Shown in pieces: positions 43,186-49,012 of a stretch of 49,012 bases of DNA. Each line of letters begins with the position of its first letter. Positions within the stretch are counted from its first letter, which is position 1. Both the position numbers and the translations under genes were made by a program. The stretch comes from an uncultured bacterium. GTDB lineage: Bacteria; Verrucomicrobiota; Kiritimatiellia; RFP12; UBA1067. A model generated the notes under the pieces. The model was not told where the DNA came from, did not search any database, and saw nothing but the letters and a program-made list of their open reading frames with translations. The DNA is taken from positions 1 through 49,012 of the forward strand of contig CACWSW010000005.1 in assembly GCA_902763655.1 (NCBI GenBank), in the 5' to 3' direction.

Positions 43186-46095
43186 ATGCGAAAAGTGATC
43201 ATGCCGGCATTGGCGCTGGCGACAGGGTTGCTGGCGGGGTGCTGCGGATGGTTCTGCGGGTCCTGCGAGACGAAGACGACGGGGCTGACGACCGACCAGC
43301 TCGTGTCTCCGGCGAACATCGGCGAGACGCCGTCGTTCAGCTGGCGGATGTGCTCGGAGAGGGAAGGGGCGGCGCAGACCGCCTATCGTATCATGGTGAA
43401 GGAGGGTGCTCCCACCGGCCAGTGCGTGTGGGACTCCGGCGAGGTGGCCTGCGGCAAGTCCGTGGGCGTGAGGTACGCCGGAACGCCGCTCAAGAGCGCC
43501 ATGAAGTACTTCTGGCAGGTTGCGGTGAAGGACGAGAAGGGCGTATGGTTGGCGCCGGCGAAGGGCTTCTTCGAGACGGGCCTCTTCAAGAAGGACGACT
43601 GGAACGGCTCCGTGTGGATCTCCGCCGCCGACGCGAAGGTACGGTCCGATCCGCAGGCCCACGGCAAGGGCAAGCAGGAGGCCGAGGACGGCACGGCCTG
43701 CTTCGTGAAGACCCTCGAGAACGCGAAGGACGTGAAGGAGGCCTACTGGTCGGTGGCCGGCCTGGGCGCGTTCGAGGCGTACGTGAACGGCGAGCCTGTC
43801 TCGCGCAAGGGCTGCAAGGCCATCGGCGGCAAGCTGGTGCGCGACTACCTGAAGCCCGGCTTCACGCACAACGGCAAGACGAAGTATTCCTTCACCTATG
43901 ACGTGACGCACCTGATGAAGACCGGCAAGTCCGAGGCCAACACGTTCTCCGCGCAGGTCTCCGCCGGCTGGTGGCGCGACAAGATCGTCAACTTCTTCGG
44001 CAAGAAGTCCGCCTTCCGCGCGCAGCTCATCCTGCGCTACGCCGACGGCACCGAGAAGCGCTTCGGCACCGACACGACGTGGCTCTCCGCCACGACGGGT
44101 CCCGTGATCCGTGCGGCCATCTTCGACGGCGAGGACTACGACGCGCGCGTGAAGACGTGCTGGATGAAGGGCAAGAAGCCCTGCGACAAGTTCCGCGCCT
44201 CCGAGGTCAACACGGAGTTCAAGGGCGAGCTCTTCCCGATGACGGGCGCTCCGATCCGCCTCAGGTGCGATCTGGCCATCGCGCCTGCCGAGATGTACGT
44301 GTGGAAGGGTGCCGAGGGCGCGAAGGAAGGCGAGTTCGGCAAGGTGAAGAAGCTCCGCTCCTACAAGGACGGCGACAACATCGTGGTGGACAAGGACGAG
44401 ACGCTCGTGGTGGACTTCGCGCAGAACGCCGCGGCCATCCCCTGCTTCGTGTTCTCGGCCGCCGAGGGCGTGACGCTCAAGATGCGTCCTGCCGAGATGC
44501 TGAACGACGGCAACGGCGCCAAGAAGCGCGGCTGCGACGGTCCCGAGGGCTCCGCCTACTTCACCAACTACCGCCAGGCGCGCACGACGCTCAACTACAC
44601 GTTCGCTGGCACGGGCGAGGAGAAGTACCGCCCGAACTTCACGTTCTTCGGATACCGCTACGTGTCCATCACCACGACGGGCAAGGTGACGATCAAGAAG
44701 CTCCGCTCCATTCCAGTCACGTCCATCCCGAAGTGGACCGAGACCGGCTGCATGGAGACGGGCGTGAAGGACGTCAACCAGCTCATCTCCAACGTCAAGT
44801 GGGGCCAGTACTCCAACTATCTCTCCGTCCCGACGGACTGCCCGCAGCGCAACGAGCGCCTGGGCTGGACGGCCGACACGCAGGTGTTCACAGAGGCGGC
44901 CACCTACAACGCCAACGTCTACGGCTTCTTCATGAAGTGGATGCGCGACATGCGCGACACCCAGCACGACGACGGCTCCTACACGGGCGTCGCGCCGCTG
45001 GCGCAGTACGGCAGCGAGCGCGGCCACCAGCTCGGCTGGGCGGACGCCGGCATCATCGTGCCGTACACGGTGTGGAAGCAGTTCGGCGACACGCGCGTCG
45101 TCGAGGCGAACTGGGAGTCGATGAAGCGCTACATGAAGCTCCTCGAGGACATGAAGTACACCTCCCCGCAGGCGACGGGCCACCAGTGGGCCGACTGGCT
45201 CTCGTACGAGAAGCTGGAGTCCTGCAGCGGCCAGGCCTGGGAGAAGGGGCCGGACGGCAAGCGCCGCGTGAAGGCGGACGCGCTGAAGTACTGGCAGTAC
45301 CTCGGCTGCTGTTACTGGCTGTGGGACGCGCGCATGATGGTCACGATGGCCGAGGCGATCGGCAAGAAGGACGACGCGGCCGCGTTCCGCGCCATGGCCG
45401 ACCGTGCGCTCAGGTTCCTCCGCGAGAAGTTCGTGGACGCCAAGGACGGCATGCTCCTGCCCGTCTTCCGCGACATGCAGACGCCAGCGCTGTTCGCGAT
45501 CAAGCTCGGCCTTCTCGACAAGGCCGACGCGATCGCGAAGACTAAGGCCGCCCTGCTCCAGAACTTCAAGGACCACGGCGACTGCCTCCAGACCGGTTTC
45601 CTGGGCACGTCCATCCTGATGGACACGCTCACCTACGACGTGGGCGCGCCCGAGATGGCCTACACGCTCCTTCTCCAGCACAAGAACCCGTCGTGGCTCT
45701 ACTCCGTTGACCAGGGCGCCACGACCATCTGGGAGCGCTGGAACTCGTACACGAAGAAGGACGGCTTCGGCTCGGCCGGCATGAACTCGTTCAACCACTA
45801 CGCCTACGGCGCGGTGCTCGCGTGGATGTACGGCACGATGGCCGGCATCCAGGAGGACGTGGCCTGCCCCGGATTCAAGCACATCATCCTCGCGCCGGTG
45901 CCCGACAAGCGCATGGGCAAGGTGAAGGCCTGCTTCCGCTCGCCCTACGGCCCGATCAAGAGCGCCTGGTGCTACGACGAGGCTGGCAAGTGGACGTGGA
46001 CGTTCACGATCCCGGCGAACACTACCGCCACCGTCACGGTTCCCGGCGAGCAGCCGAAGGAGTACGTGGCCGGCACCTACACGGTCGTGAAGTGA
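43186..46095 (+). CDS. alpha-L-rhamnosidase, glycoside hydrolase family 78 (lipoprotein)
   Basis: PSFSW, LKPGFT, DGEDYDAR, DFAQN, FTFFGYRY, PTDCPQRNERLGWTAD, GATTIWERWN, SFNHYAYG; lipobox LLAGC. Confidence 0.92.
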   Translation: MRKVIMPALALATGLLAGCCGWFCGSCETKTTGLTTDQLVSPANIGETPSFSWRMCSEREGAAQTAYRIMVKEGAPTGQCVWDSGEVACGKSVGVRYAGTPLKSAMKYFWQVAVKDEKGVWLAPAKGFFETGLFKKDDWNGSVWISAADAKVRSDPQAHGKGKQEAEDGTACFVKTLENAKDVKEAYWSVAGLGAFEAYVNGEPVSRKGCKAIGGKLVRDYLKPGFTHNGKTKYSFTYDVTHLMKTGKSEANTFSAQVSAGWWRDKIVNFFGKKSAFRAQLILRYADGTEKRFGTDTTWLSATTGPVIRAAIFDGEDYDARVKTCWMKGKKPCDKFRASEVNTEFKGELFPMTGAPIRLRCDLAIAPAEMYVWKGAEGAKEGEFGKVKKLRSYKDGDNIVVDKDETLVVDFAQNAAAIPCFVFSAAEGVTLKMRPAEMLNDGNGAKKRGCDGPEGSAYFTNYRQARTTLNYTFAGTGEEKYRPNFTFFGYRYVSITTTGKVTIKKLRSIPVTSIPKWTETGCMETGVKDVNQLISNVKWGQYSNYLSVPTDCPQRNERLGWTADTQVFTEAATYNANVYGFFMKWMRDMRDTQHDDGSYTGVAPLAQYGSERGHQLGWADAGIIVPYTVWKQFGDTRVVEANWESMKRYMKLLEDMKYTSPQATGHQWADWLSYEKLESCSGQAWEKGPDGKRRVKADALKYWQYLGCCYWLWDARMMVTMAEAIGKKDDAAAFRAMADRALRFLREKFVDAKDGMLLPVFRDMQTPALFAIKLGLLDKADAIAKTKAALLQNFKDHGDCLQTGFLGTSILMDTLTYDVGAPEMAYTLLLQHKNPSWLYSVDQGATTIWERWNSYTKKDGFGSAGMNSFNHYAYGAVLAWMYGTMAGIQEDVACPGFKHIILAPVPDKRMGKVKACFRSPYGPIKSAWCYDEAGKWTWTFTIPANTTATVTVPGEQPKEYVAGTYTVVK

Positions 46096-46838
46096 GGCTG
46101 ATCGCCGTAGATGTGGGAAACACGAGCACGGCCGTTGGACTCTGGTCCGGCGGCCGCGTCTCGCGCGTCTCGCATGTCGACGGCGACCGCGCCGCCGCCT
46201 TCGCGGCGGCAGAGGCGCTCCTTGCGCTCGGAGCGGACGGCGTCGCCTACGTGAGCGTGGTGCCGCGTGCGGATGCCGCGTGGCGGCGTTTCGCGAAGAG
46301 CCAGGGTGTGCCGTTCATCTGCGTGGACCACGAGCTGTTCGGCGCAGCGTCGGGTCTCTCGCTCGACTATCCGCATCCCGAGACGATCGGCGCTGACCGC
46401 CTGGCGGACGCGGCGGCGGCGGTGGACCGCTACGGCGCGCCCGTGATCGTGTGCGACTTCGGGACGGCGTTCACGGCGGCGGCGATCACGGCGGACCTCA
46501 CGTGGCGCGGCGGCGTGATCGCCCCCGGCTTCCCGCTCATGCGCGACTATCTCTACGAGCGCACGGCCCAGCTCCCGCGCATGAAGCTGGGCGGGCGCTG
46601 TCCGAAGATCGGACGTTCCACCGAGGAGGCCATGCGCTTCGGCGCGCTCGTGGGCTACCGGGGGATGGTGCGCGAGATCGTGTCCACCTTGGCGCGCAAC
46701 TTCAAGACGGACTTCAGGCTCGTCGCCACCGGCGGCTTCGCTAAGTGGGTGCTGCGCGACAGCGGAATGCCGTTTGTCATTGACCAGACGTTGACCTTGC
46801 ATGGGGCAGGGCTGTTGGCAGCGAAAGGTGAATGGTGA
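46092..46838 (+). CDS. coaX: type III pantothenate kinase
   Basis: AVDVGNT, VSVVP, YPHPETIGADR, CDFGTAFT, GGVIAPG, ATGG; GTG start overlaps the GH78 stop (GTGA). Confidence 0.92.
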   Translation: MRLIAVDVGNTSTAVGLWSGGRVSRVSHVDGDRAAAFAAAEALLALGADGVAYVSVVPRADAAWRRFAKSQGVPFICVDHELFGAASGLSLDYPHPETIGADRLADAAAAVDRYGAPVIVCDFGTAFTAAAITADLTWRGGVIAPGFPLMRDYLYERTAQLPRMKLGGRCPKIGRSTEEAMRFGALVGYRGMVREIVSTLARNFKTDFRLVATGGFAKWVLRDSGMPFVIDQTLTLHGAGLLAAKGEW

Positions 46839-46880
46839 AAGGTGAATGGTGAAAAGTGAGCCCTAAAGGAGAAAGTCGCA

Positions 46881-47489
46881 ATGTTTGACAGTCGATCTTC
46901 AATCTTCAATCTAAAATCTTCAATCCTCTTTCTTGCGCTCGCTACGCTCTCTGGCTGTGGGCTTTTCTGGGACGATCCGTACGTGACGGTGACGGTGACC
47001 CCGCTGAACTGGTGCGAGATCCACTACTACAACGCCACGCGCGAGCCGGTGCGGCGCGTCTCTGTTCGGATCACCGGAGCTGGGTTCGTGGACGTGAAGA
47101 GCGGCACGTCGCGGCGCGTATCGGACAGCTTCGCGAAGTCGATGGACGACGCCACGTGGGATGACTATCGCGCGCGGCAGTTCAGCGTTGATCCGGAACA
47201 TGTCCGCGAGGTGTTCCAGAACCTCGTCAACGCGGGGCTGTTCGACAGGGACAAGATGTTCACGTCCACGAAGTATCCGTCACACGGGAGGTTTCTGGCC
47301 GTGCGCGCCGCTATAGACAACAAGACGTATTCCGAGGTGAAAAACCTCTTCGAGGAAGATCCGGAGTTGGCGGAGCGCCTGTACAACGTGGTGCTGGAGT
47401 TCAACCGTCCTACGCTTGGCAGGCAGCGGGCTGTCCCCAGCAGGCCAAAGCCACCTTCGGAGAAAAAGCAGGAACAGGAGGCGAAATGA
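46881..47489 (+). CDS. hypothetical lipoprotein
   Basis: Lipobox LSGC; SD AAGGAG; overlaps the trkA start (ATGA). Confidence 0.7.
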   Translation: MFDSRSSIFNLKSSILFLALATLSGCGLFWDDPYVTVTVTPLNWCEIHYYNATREPVRRVSVRITGAGFVDVKSGTSRRVSDSFAKSMDDATWDDYRARQFSVDPEHVREVFQNLVNAGLFDRDKMFTSTKYPSHGRFLAVRAAIDNKTYSEVKNLFEEDPELAERLYNVVLEFNRPTLGRQRAVPSRPKPPSEKKQEQEAK

Positions 47490-48154
47490 GAAGGATAGGA
47501 ATCATCGGCGCGGGGCGGTTCGGGCTCTCGCTTGCGGAATCGCTGGCGGAAGCCGGTCAGGAGGTGCTGCTCTTGGACCGCAACGGTTCCCTCGTGCAGA
47601 AGGCGCGCGACATCGTGGAGCAGGCCGTGCAGGGAGACGCGACCGACGCGCGGACGCTTGACGAGGCCGGACTGCGCGAGTGCGACGTGGCGGTGGTGGC
47701 CATCGGCTCGAACATCGAAGCGTCTACCCTTGCGACGGCCAACTGCAAGGAGCTGGGCATCGAGACGGTGGTGGCGAAGGCCACGAGCGAGCTGCACGGC
47801 AAGATACTGCAGAAGATCGGCGCGGACCAGGTGATCTTCCCCGACCACGAGAGCGCCCACAGGCTGGCGCGGTCGCTCGCGAACCGGGGTGCGTTCGACC
47901 TGCTTGAGATCTCCGAGGGATGCTCCATCGCAGAGATCAACGTCCCGGAGTCATGCGTCGACAAGACGCTAGCGCAGGCGGATCTCCGCAACAAGACGGG
48001 CGTGACAGTGCTCTGCATCCGCCGCCAGGACGAGAACCCGAAGAAGCCGCGCGCCATCATGATCCCTGGGCCGAACGACCAGATTCACGCCGACGACAAG
48101 CTCATCGTCTTCGGCACCACCAAGCAGATCGACGAGTTGAACGCGCAGACGTAG
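47486..48154 (+). CDS. trkA: TrkA/KtrA family potassium uptake regulatory subunit
   Basis: IIGAGRFG NAD-binding motif, GDATD, VVAKA, IGADQVIFPD, C-terminal RCK-C domain. Confidence 0.88.
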   Translation: MRRIGIIGAGRFGLSLAESLAEAGQEVLLLDRNGSLVQKARDIVEQAVQGDATDARTLDEAGLRECDVAVVAIGSNIEASTLATANCKELGIETVVAKATSELHGKILQKIGADQVIFPDHESAHRLARSLANRGAFDLLEISEGCSIAEINVPESCVDKTLAQADLRNKTGVTVLCIRRQDENPKKPRAIMIPGPNDQIHADDKLIVFGTTKQIDELNAQT

Positions 48155-48159
48155 TCCGC

Positions 48160-48189
48160 CCGGCATTCATGCAGTTGCATGGTTGCCGG
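48160..48189. terminator. hairpin between convergent genes
   Basis: CCGGCA..ATGCA-GT-TGCAT..TGCCGG stem just after the trkA stop. Confidence 0.45.
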
Positions 48190-48220
48190 GCGGAGTTGCC
48201 ATAATTGGCTGTCTTTTAAT

Positions 48221-48910
48221 TTACGATGCCGATGGCGCTTCTGGCGTCGACGGCGATGCGGGGGCTTCTGCTTCTGGTGCCGGCGGCGTTGCAGGCGAGG
48301 CATCGCCGCCGCCAATAGCCTCGTCATATGCGGCGGCAACCATGCAGTAGAATATTGGCATCGTGAACAGGAGGCCGATGCCACACAGCATGAAACCAAG
48401 ACCGGCGATAAGGCTTGCCACGAAGACAACCAGGAAGAATGACCAGAACGGCTTCTTCCCTATCATGTTGAGCGGAGTGCTGAACGCCTCACCGAATGTC
48501 GCGTTTTGGTCTGCAATTAGGAGGATTGCCAAGACCATTATCGCAGGAAAGAAGATGGAAAGGAACCAATTTACAAGCAAGCCGAGAAGCGGCACAAACG
48601 CAAAGAAGAGGTTTATGACAGTGAAGCAGAGAGATAACACGAGGAGGACGAGGAATGCAGGAAGGAACTTGGAGAATCCCTTGAAAAGATCGCCAACTTT
48701 CGGCTTCTGTTCCTGGCCGCGGATAAGGGCGAGCAGGATACCGAACAGGCCACACACCATTGGTCCCGCGCAGATGCTGCAAGTAAAGAAAGAGATTAAG
48801 CCGGCGATGAGCGTGGCCAACAAGACAAGGCCAAAATTTTCCTTGTAGATTTTCCAGCCTTTGCTAAGGCAAGTTCCTACCTGGGCATCATGAATTAACG
48901 GTTTGATCAT
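48221..48910 (-). CDS. hypothetical integral membrane protein
   Basis: 4-5 TM segments, GDLFKGF motif, GFMLCGIGLLFT; body AT-richer than host genes, with a Pro/Ala tail. Confidence 0.7.
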   Translation of the reverse strand: MIKPLIHDAQVGTCLSKGWKIYKENFGLVLLATLIAGLISFFTCSICAGPMVCGLFGILLALIRGQEQKPKVGDLFKGFSKFLPAFLVLLVLSLCFTVINLFFAFVPLLGLLVNWFLSIFFPAIMVLAILLIADQNATFGEAFSTPLNMIGKKPFWSFFLVVFVASLIAGLGFMLCGIGLLFTMPIFYCMVAAAYDEAIGGGDASPATPPAPEAEAPASPSTPEAPSAS

Positions 48911-49012
48911 TGCTTTTCCTTTCTTAGGGATGAAGATGATGTAAGTTTAGCAGATTGGGTCTTGATATACAAGAGGCTTGTTTTCTCAAATTCTCTCAAA
49001 ATCAGTCCCTCA

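Noticed and set aside
45822-46091. N-terminal extension of coaX in the ORF track
   Set aside because: Overlaps GH78 in another frame; the CoaX DxGNT motif starts just after GTG 46092.

Overview
High-GC bacterial chromosomal segment. The gene content, the RNase HIII gene and a remnant '...RFFKVVVELP' surface-protein tail suggest a gut/rumen Kiritimatiellae-like (PVC) organism; this is an inference. Positions ~1.5-11 kb form an accessory, defence-like hotspot set among REP-type palindrome clusters. It contains a DUF3800 gene behind its own promoter and a three-hairpin RNA, an AT-rich ComEC-type MBL hydrolase, a 1696-aa sacsin-type HATPase fused to an Upf1-like SF1 helicase, an orphan surface-protein 3' end, and an AbiEi gene with a truncated AbiEii-like partner between ~118-bp direct repeats. 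Positions 11-30 kb are mostly carbohydrate-active genes (DUF6259-like paralogues, GH106, GH28, GH2, GH5-like, ManA, esterase-DUF1080, symporter, TIM-barrel isomerase). Positions 30-49 kb hold mixed genes (KamA-family radical SAM, GDPD, tRNA-Ala(GGC), rnhC, ABC permease, queF, M20 peptidase, GHL10, GH78, coaX, trkA). The best leads are the MBL + HATPase-helicase candidate defence pair, the DUF3800/structured RNA unit, REP palindromes inserted in frame inside manA, and an orphan ~140-nt sRNA behind a near-consensus promoter. No CRISPR array, rRNA, integrase or intact transposase was seen. All family calls come from motif recognition, not database searches.
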